This document shows positions 33,601-45,143 of a DNA stretch of 64,000 nucleotides, one piece after another. The stretch's first letter is position 1. Each line of letters begins with the position of its first letter. The position numbers and the translations under genes are program-made. Origin of the DNA: Hormiphora californensis (Eukaryota; Animalia; Ctenophora); NCBI GenBank assembly GCA_020137815.1, contig CM035361.1:3348001-3412000 (forward strand). The letters are read 5' to 3'. Under the pieces are notes generated by a model. That model saw only the letters and a program-made list of their open reading frames with translations. It was not told the origin of the DNA and did not search any database.

Positions 33601-33950
33601 AGCTGGCCCCTATAACTATTTAAACCCCAGCTCTTCCATCAGTTACTGTACCACACGAGTATCACAAGCAGAGAATTAAAGAGATGATTAAAGAGATGCG
33701 GTATCAACCAGGAATTGGTTTTTAGAACAAAAAGGTAGATCCATGTGATGGGAAAAACAACTGGATATATTTTGAGGATTGGGAATACTCAAACAATAAG
33801 GGGAAGCAGCTGAGGGTATAAAGAGGAGTAATAAAAAGATAAAAAGATAGGCACTTCTAAGTCGATTTTATTGGCACTTTGAAATTGTTAGCAAGCAACT
33901 ACTTAAAAAGATGTACAGAGTGTGCACTAGATACTGATCATGATACATTC

Positions 33951-34025
<75 letters not shown>

Positions 34026-34140
34026 CTCTCTCTCCCCCATCTCTCTCATCCGGTTTGATGGCATCTTAAAATGTCTTTGAACAAGGAAAAGAGAATGGGG
34101 GGGGGGGGGCGTTATCAAATCGAAGTACAATTGGTGTTAC

Positions 34141-34241
34141 CTCTGAGACTCCAGGTATTCAAGTAAAAGGTTCATCCTAGGTTCATTCCACATCCATGAC
34201 GTGCAGCCGGGATCCAGGCGTTCCTTGGCCTCACTTGTGAC
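34141..34241 (-). other. Candidate upstream exon of the TGF-beta gene
   Basis: ccattccag| ... ag|gtaac boundaries with one open frame (SQVRPRNAW...MNLLLEYLESQR). Linkage not established. Confidence 0.3.
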
Positions 34242-35946
34242 CTGGAATGGAGAGAGTGATGTGAGAACAAATGTGATACCTTTCCTGCTACCCATTTGAT
34301 TATCAAATTGGGCGCGACAGTGCGCTCAGATGGGGTCGCAGCGCCAGACAGTACGTTTCCATGTTTGGGTAGGGAATTTCCATATTTGGTAATATCACGT
34401 GATTAGAAAATGTAGAGATTTGCTCCACTATGACACGTATAATTAATCATTATATCAGGAACGCCCACTTGATAATGATGATCTGATATGTAAAGCTTAA
34501 GTAGGCTGTCTTTGAAAAGTGAGATCGTTCCTTTTACTAAAGAGAGAGAGAGTGGGAGAGATTGGTATATTAACTAAAGTGAGATAAACCCTGCCAATTA
34601 TTGTCATTGTACACATTTCACCACGGCGTGGTGTTAGTAGTTGGGGGTAGTTCAATGTGGTAAAATGTCATGACTTGCAGGCTCTCGAGTGACAAGTAAT
34701 ATATAGTGAGTACCAGGAATTATACGTCACTCAGTTACTGAGTGAGTATCTCTCTCCCAGTACCACCTCTCACTCAGTGCTCTCTTTCACTCTCTTTAGC
34801 TAATATGTATAACAATCTCACTTTTCAAAGACTAGGTATTATACTCTCTCTTCCAGTGCTCTCATGCCCATCATGGCTCTGTGAATGATTTGACAGCGCG
34901 ACCACATGTATTATTGATAATATATAACCCTTCGAACATCTTGAATCTCATTATACCATTTATACCCTTTCGGTAGAATCTAAGTGCATGTCCTATGATA
35001 TGTTCTCGAAATATGTAGCCGTCGCCTACTAGTCGGTCATAAATGGTAATAAACATGAAAGTTAAACGCCAATTTTGTAACGATCGATGCATCTTTCAAA
35101 GATCTTTCTGACTCGAACTTGCAAGCATATACCAAAACATCATGTTTTCTTTGTTACTAAAGAAGCCTAGTAGTACTGCAGCACTCGACAGAGCCTATAT
35201 AGGTGTCTATGAAATGATACACATGTGTTATGATGTTGGTGTGCACATGCTCTCAGAATGGGAACGGTACTACACATCATGTAATGTTGGTGCTGTGAGT
35301 GTACTGTTAAAATGGGAAATGGTACTGGCCTAGTGTGAGGCCAAGGGACTCGACCTAGTGAGTCCCTTGGCATCACATTGTGAGAATTTCAATTCGTGAG
35401 ACTAACAATGTCCAGCAAAGCGCTGTTTTCGAAATAGTATTACCCATCAATCCGATAAATTTTTAAAACATATGGGTGTCCTAATTAGACACGTCATCTT
35501 GACCAGTCAGTGTGGTGTGAAACATTTTTGACGAAGATTCATCAGGCGTCTCCTGGTGACATCACCAGGAGCACAGGCTGGGGCATCGTGAAAGTTCGAT
35601 TTTGAGCGCCTAGCGGAAAAAAGTTACCAGGTCTGTTTTAGACCAAATAAGAGGTATTTAGGATGGCTCAGGTGTGTCAGCTCAAAATTTTAATTTTTCG
35701 AGGAGTTATACCGCCGTCTATTGTGCACCTAGTTTCTGCCAGTAAATTAGTATCACCTCCAATTGTGCGATGTTTATACCCGGAGCTGGTTTTGTTCTAA
35801 ATCCTTCCTTTTCACATGACTTCATTTTCGAAATATATATTCGAATTACTCATAAAATTACGAGTACATATTATGCCGCTGACATTTCTAATTATCCGAT
35901 AAAATACATAAGTGTGAAAAGCAAAGAGAAAAGCAAGTATTTATAT

Positions 35947-36055
35947 CATGAACCGACCTAAACAAGTAAACAACCAATCAGAACTCGTTATCTAGGTCAC
36001 GTGACTGGTTATCAGCCAATCAGGGACCAGTATTACCTGATTCGGTCGGTTCCTG
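35947..36055. mobile_element. hAT-like MITE with 8-bp TSD atttatat
   Basis: atttatat|catgaaccgacc ... tcggtcggttcctg|atttatat. Confidence 0.9.
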
Positions 36056-37132
36056 ATTTATATTTTCTAAGTGTGAAATGCTTTTAGATCATGCCCGTGT
36101 CCAAAAGTCTGACGTTCTACTCATCCATGTACAGCACTAACTGTTGAAAGAGATTATGTCATTGCCACGTGTAATATATTCGAGAGTTCTCGTGCATTCA
36201 TCCGAGAACCAGACTAATTAATCTTCACCTCTGGGGGTGATGAAATGAACTTGAGGACATGAACACATACCGGAGACCAAGGCATATATATAACAGGGTG
36301 CAAATGAAGCGTCGTATGTTGCGTTTTAGAGCCTGTACTGCTTTACTGTGACATTCAGCTGAGACTGAGTGCTTTCACTAGTTTAAAAAACTTGATTGTT
36401 GACTTCCTTTTCTGACATTTTTTTCTTGTTCGAATGTTCGAACTTAATTTAGAGCCGTGAGCCCCATAGAAACCACTGGTCCCTCAGAGCAGCAAAAAAT
36501 GTCACTTTTCATTAGTATTTTGCAACGACCGTAACAGTGACTTCTATAAGATTGTCACTTTCTCCGTGACTAATTTGTCCCCCCCCCCCTCGATCTAAAT
36601 ACCTATTTTTTTCTCCCAATCTGATCTCTTTATCAAGCCTGCTATTTGTCATCACGAACTGCAGTAACAGGTGGACACCCGATGGACATGATAGAAAGAC
36701 ACAATGACTTGATCCCGCCCTTTTTGTTTCAGCTGAAAATTGGTAGACCTGCTCTCTCCTTAGTTAGTGTAACAATCTCTCTTTTCTCACACACCTGGTC
36801 CCTTGTTCTTTTAGATCTAGAATCTTTGAGAGTTACCTGACAAAAAAACTTGATTTGACATCTAAATTGATATCATTTTGGCCTTTTGTGACCTGATTAC
36901 ACCAGATGTCAGATTTCAAAATTAATCTTTCCTGGCTGTCATTTCAGGCTCCTGATCCACCTTGTTGTCTCCTCTCAATTGTCTCACAAGATCCACCCGG
37001 TACAGTAACTCAGGGATAGGAGAATTGTTATTTCGCTTATACTTATATTGCTTTGCGGGATTTTCATTATTGTCACAGCTGGGGGGATACAGACAGTGAT
37101 GTGAGGGAGAGAGAGAGAGAGAGAGGGAGAGA

Positions 37133-37187
<55 letters not shown>

Positions 37188-37199
37188 CAGAGAGATATC

Positions 37200-37237
<38 letters not shown>

Positions 37238-37260
37238 CGAGAGAGAGAAAGAGATAGAGA

Positions 37261-37369
<109 letters not shown>

Positions 37370-38267
37370 ACAACCCGCGTGGCCCTGTTGTAACAGATGT
37401 GTTTATTCCACTGCCGAGGTATTTCATTATGTTACCATGGTAACTGACCAGGTTTCGCATTCCCCACTCTTGTAGATCATAATTAGTTAGTTGTCTTTCA
37501 TAAACTCACTACATATCACAAAGTAGTGAGTACAATATAGTGAGTTTAATAGAGTGCAAGCGACGATAAATTGAGCGATGCGCCCATGCAGGTATTGGTT
37601 GAGGGGGGGGGGGGCACATGCCACGCTGCGATGCTCATATATGCAATTGACGGAATTTGATAGCGTGACTAACTGAACTCACACACCTGCAGCAGCAGAC
37701 CTCACAAAAACTCTTCTTTTTGTCCGACTAACTGCCGAGATGTCACCCTTCTGTGATCACAGTCGTGCAGATCGGGCCTATTTTGTTGATCAAGTAAGTT
37801 TTTCGATAAGTGGAAAGTTGAACGAACGCATTAAAACTATTCATTCCAAAGCCCTCTTTTAAGCTCTTTGGGTACCGGTAAGATAAAACAACACATAATA
37901 TGTTCATTTCGTTTTGCAACATAGAAATTTGCTAGACGAACGCATCAATATTCTTTTATTATCAGAGTTATTAATTTCCAAGCCCTCTTTTTAGCACTTT
38001 AAGTTTAATTTCGTTTTCCCACATTGAAATTTACATAATACCGTAGTAGAAGGTAACAGCTGATCTGTGTGCCCCTTTGTTTTTGTTTTTTATTTGAAAT
38101 TTTAATATTCATGAAGGAGCTCCCTGTTTGTTGCATCCCATTCTGAATCTTTCGCCAAGATTCTTTCTCATTACTATGTACCATTGCCACTTATTCACGC
38201 GACCTCGCACGCAAAGGACACATGCGCATTGGTCATTTCATTCTATTTATACCGCGATAATAGAGAG

Positions 38268-38362
38268 CAGGAACCGACCGAATCAGGAAATACTGGTCCC
38301 TGATTGGCTGATAACCAGTCACGTGACCTAAATAACGAGTTCTGATTGGTTGTTTACTTGTT
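38268..38362. mobile_element. One-ended copy of the hAT-like MITE
   Basis: Lacks one TIR; flanked by the direct repeat gataatagagag. Confidence 0.8.
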
Positions 38363-38543
38363 GATAATAGAGAGGGAACTTTTACAATGCAGCTCCTTCC
38401 TCAGATACAAACAAAATGTTCTTAAAGGGATGGTGAACAAATAAAATCAGGGTTTCAGATCCTACGTCGAGCACCGCGATTATTAATCTATTTTGAGCAG
38501 GGAGCATCTCGGAATATATAAGGAGAGATAGAATTAGATAGAA

Positions 38544-38576
<33 letters not shown>

Positions 38577-38746
38577 TAGATAGATAGAGAGGGAAAGATA
38601 GATAGACCCAAATTCTTAAGTTGGAGTATTGAGTCTATATTTGTGAATGTGGGTGTGTACTTATTAGACGCATTACGCAATGTTCATGATACAGAATAGT
38701 AATCTGACCTGATGTATGACGTGTTGAGTTAGGGTGGGACATAGAG

Positions 38747-38841
38747 CAGGAACCGACCGAATCAGGAAATACTGGTCCCTGATTGGCTGATAACCAGTCA
38801 CGTGACCTAAATAACGAGTTCTGATTGGTTGTTTACTTGTT
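38747..38841. mobile_element. One-ended copy of the hAT-like MITE
   Basis: Lacks the same TIR; flanked by the direct repeat tgttgagttagggtgggacatagag. Confidence 0.8.
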
Positions 38842-39042
38842 GAGTTAGGGTGGGACATAGAGTATGCAGCAGTAGCCATTCGATATACTCATCATTCATT
38901 TTGCTTCTTTTTATGAACCGATTATACGTTTTTTTGCCACCCTTATGAATGGCTATGACATTTTCCCTGATAAAAGGTTGCTTTATTTCAATAATTTATT
39001 TTATTTTCACTAATATTCTATTAGTTGAGGCTTCCACATATA

Positions 39043-39199
39043 CAGTCGGACCCCGATTTTGTGACATCCTCGGGGGAAAGGGTTTTGTCCACTAAATCGA
39101 GGGGTCAAATACTGTTAATTTCATATATCGGGGGAAGATTATCCTGTCACTAAATCGGGGTGCCACTAAATCGGGGGCCACTAAATCGGGGTCCGACTG
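39043..39199. mobile_element. pogo/Tc1-mariner-type MITE (cagtcggaccccgattt TIR, TA TSD)
   Basis: ta|cagtcggaccccgattt ... aaatcggggtccgactg|ta. Confidence 0.9.
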
Positions 39200-40264
39200 T
39201 AATATCAAATATGCAGTGGCTAGTTAAAGGGTGAGCATTGGATAGGATCTCTCGGATAAGAAACTCCCCCATATAGGGGCAGATAATAGCCAAATGATAT
39301 CCGGGAAGTGAACCCCGTGGCACTAGTTATATATAACGATACTACTAGTTATATCTGTTATATGGCTGAATTGGTTTAGGTAGACTAAATGTTAGAGCAT
39401 TGGCCTGACAGGGTAGACTCCCAGTCCCTACATAATCTATTGCATCTGGTATTCGGAGTAATATAACCTGGAGTAATATAACCCGGAGTAATATATAAGA
39501 CATTAAGACCTTTCTTGCACCGCGACCCCATCTGAGCGCACTGTCAAATGGGGTCTGGCGCCGCACCAGACAGTATATAAGACTTCTTCTTTCAAAAATC
39601 AAAAACACCCCTTTTCTTTTTCTAACTACCGTAGCGAGAAGAGACCATAATATTTTATGCATATATTTCCCTACCTCCGAAACTGCCTCTCTGATCTCCA
39701 CTCTCTCCCTCTAGTTAATGTAACAATCTCTCTTTCTCTCTCCCTCGAGTTAATGTAACAATCTCTCTCTCTAGCTTCACACACCTGCCTCCACCTTCTG
39801 TTTCACGTGTTTCTAGCAACACACGTGTAGAAGGTTAACACCCCCTGTAGAACACATTCCGTCACTCAGAGATCTTCATAAACTAGTTTATAAATTTGAT
39901 TCTGAATGTCCTTTCTTAGTGTTCCCTCTCATTTTATTTAGGTGTAGTCTGACCCAGGTCACAGCTCCTATTATATCATTTATTTATTCCTAGCCCTAGA
40001 CTGTCTGACCTAGTTGCAGCCCTGTAACTGTTAGACCCATTATTCATCAGCTATATAGAGTTGATCAGGAACTTAGATAATTACTAGAGTCTTTTGTCTG
40101 GTAGGCACGTTTCACGGTCGGTCTCGAACCCTTTGCTGCACACTGTGTTGTAAATAATGAAATGAAATAGTGCTGATGTTGGACCTATATAAATTGATTG
40201 CTTTGGTTCATTCCTCTTTGTTTGTGTCACAGTTCAGTAAGTTTGTAGTTCTATTGCTAGATTG

Positions 40265-40361
40265 CAGGAACCGACCGACACAAGTAAACAACCAATCAGA
40301 ACTCGTTATTTAGGTTATCAGCCAATCAGGGACCAGTATTTTCTGATTCGGTCGGTTCCTG
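40265..40361. mobile_element. hAT-like MITE with 8-bp TSD ctagattg
   Basis: ctagattg|caggaacc ... ggttcctg|ctagattg. Confidence 0.9.
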
Positions 40362-40617
40362 CTAGATTGATATCCATTCTTATTGGAAATCTATTTACAT
40401 GATGCTCATGAATTGTATGAAAGCTGTATATTATGTATATCATATGTATGAAAGGCAGATCTCGACAACTATTTCAACACATATTTTCATTTCCACCTCT
40501 TCACAATTCTATCACATAACAACAAACAAGCAAACAAATTCATAATATCTGATAATAAATATGTTGAAACGAAGGGAAGCCATTGATCCACATCTCCTCC
40601 CTTTGTTATCCAACTAC

Positions 40618-40712
40618 ACTGTCTGTCGACCTATGCACTATCTGTATGGCGGCGCCATACCCCCATTTGATTCTCAGTGCGCTCAGATGGGGTCGGCGGC
40701 GCCAGACAGTGC
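40618..40712. mobile_element. Short MITE family (actgtctg...cagacagt); partial copies ~34292-34353 and ~39517-39574
   Basis: Shared core cagtgcgctcagatggggtcg...gcgccagacagt. Confidence 0.5.
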
Positions 40713-40938
40713 ACTATTCGCTTGTTACGTGTTTCACTCCCGATGTATACTGAGTGTATGATTAATTCTCATTTCTCACCTTTCGCGCCAAACAGTGTGT
40801 CGACCTTTGCACTTTTTTGCTTGTTATAAGCACTCCTGACTCATACCCTAGTCAGAATTAAATACGTATCAGTATACTGACTGTATGATTAATTCCGTCA
40901 TAACCCCACCGTACCCGCCCCTAGTAGCGCTTATAGGA

Positions 40939-43900
40939 CAATGGTTGACTCGGTCACAATGTTGGCGGCGGCCCTATTTCTAACCCCCACCCCTTCCCTC
41001 TAGTACTACAATGGTTGACTCGGTCACAATGTTGGCGGCGGCCCTATTTCTAACCCCCACCCCTTCCCTCTAGTACTACAATGGTTGACTCGGTCACAAT
41101 GTTGGCGGCGGCCCTATTTCTAACCCCACCCCTTCCCTCTAGTACTACAATGGTTGACTCGGTTACAATGTTGGCGGCGGCCCTATTTCTAACCCCCACC
41201 CCTTCCCTCTAGTACTACAATGGTTGACTCGGTTACATTGTTGGCGGCGGCCCTATTTCTAACCCCACCCCTTCCCTCTAGTACTACAATGGTTGACTCG
41301 GTCACAATGTTGGCGGCGGCCCTATTTCTAACCCCCACCCCTTCCCTCTAGTACTACAATGGTTGACTCGGTTACAGTATAAGCAGCGGCACTATTTCTA
41401 ACCCCCACCCCTTCCCTCTAGTACTACAATGGTTGACTCGGTTACAATGTTGGCGGCGGCCCTATTTCTAACCCCCACCCCTTCCCTCTAGTACTACAAT
41501 GGTTGACTCGGTTACAATGTTGGCGGCGGCCCTATTTCTAACCCCCACCCCTTCCCTCTAGTACTACAATGGTTGACTCGGTTACATTGTTGGCGGCGGC
41601 CCTATTTCTAACCCCACCCCTTCCCTCTAGTACTACAATGGTTGACTCGGTCACAATGTTGGCGGCGGCCCTATTTCTAACCCCCACCCCTTCCCTCTAG
41701 TACTACAATGGTTGACTCGGTTACAGTATAAGCAGCGGCACTATTTCTAACCCCCACCCCTTCCCTCTAGTACTACAATGGTTGACTCGGTTACAATGTT
41801 GGCGGCGGCCCTATTTCTAACCCCCACCCCTTCCCTCTAGTACTACAGTCGGACCCCGATTTACCGGTCCTCGATTTAACGGAACCCCGATTTACCGGGA
41901 GGATAAACTTCCCCCGATACAGGAAATTAACGGTATTTGACCCCGATATACCGGGCACCCCGATTTACCGGGCAAAACCCTTTCCCCCTGGCATCCCGGT
42001 AAATCGGGGTCCGACTGTACAATGGTTGACTCGGTCACAATGTTGACGGCGGCCCTATTTCTAACCCCCACCCCTTCCCTCTAGTACTACAATGGTTGAC
42101 TCGGTTACAATGTTGGCGGCGGCCCTATTTCTAACCCCCACCCCTTCCCTCTAGTACTACAATGGTTGACTCGGTTACAATGTTGGCGGCGGCCCTATTT
42201 CTAACCCCCACCCCTTCCCTCTAGTACTACAATGGTTGACTCGGTTACAATGTTGGCGGCGGCCCTATTTCTAACCCCCACCCCTTCCCTCTAGTACTAC
42301 AATGGTTGACTCGGTTACAATGTTGGCGGCGGCCCTATTTCTAACCCCCACCCCTTCCCTCTAGTACTACAATGGTTGACTCGGTTACAATGTTGGCGGC
42401 GGCCCTATTTCTAACCCCCACCCCTTCCCTCTAGTACTACAATGGTTGACTCGGTTACAATGTTGGCGGCGGCCCTATTTCTAACCCCCACCCCTTCCCT
42501 CTAGTACTACAATGGTTGACTCGGTTACAATGTTGGCGGCGGCCCTATTTCTAACCCCCACCCCTTCCCTCTAGTACTACAATGGTTGACTCGGTACAAT
42601 GTTGGCGGCGGCCCTATTTCTAACCCCCACCCCTTCCCTCTAGTACTACAATGGTTGACTCGGTTACAATGTTGGCGGCGGCCCTATTTCTAACCCCCAC
42701 CCCTTCCCTCTAGTACTACAATGGTTGACTCGGTCACAATGTTGGCGGCGGCCCTATTTCTAACCCCCACCCCTTCCCTCTAGTACTACAATGGTTGACT
42801 CGGTTACAATGTTGGCGGCGGCCCTATTTCTAACCCCCACCCCTTCCCTCTAGTACTACAATGGTTGACTCGGTTACAATGTTGGCGGCGGCCCTATTTC
42901 TAACCCCCACCCCTTCCCTCTAGTACTACAATGGTTGACTCGGTTACAATGTTGGCGGCGGCCCTATTTCTAACCCCCACCCCTTCCCTCTAGTACTACA
43001 ATGGTTGACTCGGTTACAATGTTGGCGGCGGCCCTATTTCTAACCCCCACCCCTTCCCTCTAGTACTACAATGGTTGACTCGGTTACAATGTTGGCGGCG
43101 GCCCTATTTCTAACCCCCACCCCTTCCCTCTAGTACTACAATGGTTGACTCGGTTACAATGTTGGCGGCGGCCCTATTTCTAACCCCCACCCCTTCCCTC
43201 TAGTACTACAATGGTTGACTCGGTTACAATGTTGGCGGCGGCCCTATTTCTAACCCCCACCCCTTCCCTCTAGTACTACAATGGTTGACTCGGTTACAAT
43301 GTTGGCGGCGGCCCTATTTCTAACCCCCACCCCTTCCCTCTAGTACTACAATGGTTGACTCGGTTACAATGTTGGCGGCGGCCCTATTTCTAACCCCCAC
43401 CCCTTCCCTCTAGTACTACAATGGTTGACTCGGTTACAATGTTGGCGGCGGCCCTATTTCTAACCCCCACCCCTTCCCTCTAGTACTACAATGGTTGACT
43501 CGGTCACAATGTTGGCGGCGGCCCTATTTCTAACCCCCACCCCTTCCCTCTAGTACTACAATGGTTGACTCGGTTACAATGTTGGCGGCGGCCCTATTTC
43601 TAACCCCCACCCCTTCCCTCTAGTACTACAATGGTTGACTCGGTTACAATGTTGGCGGCGGCCCTATTTCTAACCCCCACCCCTTCCCTCTAGTACTACA
43701 ATGGTTGACTCGGTCACAATGTTGGCGGCGGCCCTATTTCTAACCCCCACCCCTTCCCTCTAGTACTACAATGGTTGACTCGGTTACAATGTTGGCGGCG
43801 GCCCTATTTCTAACCCCCACCCCTTCCCTCTAGTACTACAATGGTTGACTCGGTTACAATGTTGGCGGCGGCCCTATTTCTAACCCCCACCCCTTCCCTC

Positions 43901-45143
43901 TAGTACTACAATGGTTGACTCGGTTACAATGTTGGCGGCGGCCCTATTTCTAACCCCCACCCCTTCCCTCTAGTACTACAATGGTTGACTCGGTCACAAT
44001 GTTGGCGGCGGCCCTATTTCTAACCCCCACCCCTTCCCTCTAGTACTACAATGGTTGACTCGGTCACAATGTTGGCGGCGGCCCTATTTCTAACCCCCAC
44101 CCCTTCCCTCTAGTACTACAATGGTTGACTCGGTTACAATGTTGGCGGCGGCCCTATTTCTAACCCCCACCCCTTCCCTCTAGTACTACAATGGTTGACT
44201 CGGTTACAATGTTGGCGGCGGCCCTATTTCTAACCCCCACCCCTTCCCTCTAGTACTACAATGGTTGACTCGGTCACAATGTTGGCGGCGGCCCTATTTC
44301 TAACCCCCACCCCTTCCCTCTAGTACTACAATGGTTGACTCGGTTACAATGTTGGCGGCGGCCCTATTTCTAACCCCCACCCCTTCCCTCTAGTACTACA
44401 ATGGTTGACTCGGTCACAATGTTGGCGGCGGCCCTATTTCTAACCCCCACCCCTTCCCTCTAGTACTACAATGGTTGACTCGGTTACAATGTTGGCGGCG
44501 GCCCTATTTCTAACCCCCACCCCTTCCCTCTAGTACTACAATGGTTGACTCGGTTACAATGTTGGCGGCGGCCCTATTTCTAACCCCCACCCCTTCCCTC
44601 TAGTACTACAATGGTTGACTCGGTTACAATGTTGGCGGCGGCCCTATTTCTAACCCCCACCCCTTCCCTCTAGTACTACAATGGTTGACTCGGTCACAAT
44701 GTTGGCGGCGGCCCTATTTCTAACCCCCACCCCTTCCCTCTAGTACTACAATGGTTGACTCGGTCACAATGTTGGCGGCGGCCCTATTTCTAACCCCCAC
44801 CCCTTCCCTCTAGTACTACAATGGTTGACTCGGTTACAATGTTGGCGGCGGCCCTATTTCTAACCCCCACCCCTTCCCTCTAGTACTACAATGGTTGACT
44901 CGGTTACAATGTTGGCGGCGGCCCTATTTCTAACCCCCACCCCTTCCCTCTAGTACTACAATGGTTGACTCGGTCACAATGTTGGCGGCAGCCCTATTTC
45001 TAACCCCCACCCCTTCCCTCTAGTACTACAATGGCTGACTCGGTTACAATGTTGGCGGCGGCCCTATTTCTAACCCCCACCACTTCCCTCTAGTACTACA
45101 ATGGTTGACTCGGTCACAATGTTGGCGGCGGCCCTATTTCTAA
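40939..45143 (+). repeat. 70-bp tandem array (~57 copies) = splice acceptor + first 50 nt of the GPCR exon, including the ATG
   Basis: Unit: taacccccaccccttccctctag|tactacaATGgttgactcggtYacaatgttggcggcggccctatttc. The last unit reads directly into the GPCR ORF. Confidence 0.95.
41846..42017. mobile_element. pogo/Tc1-mariner-type MITE inserted into one unit of the 70-bp array
   Basis: tac-ta|cagtcggaccccgattt ... aaatcggggtccgactg|ta-caatgg. Confidence 0.92.

Noticed and set aside
40939-45143. CRISPR-like array
   Set aside because: Units are identical end to end with no unique spacers, there are no cas genes, and the context is eukaryotic. It is a tandem repeat of a splice junction.
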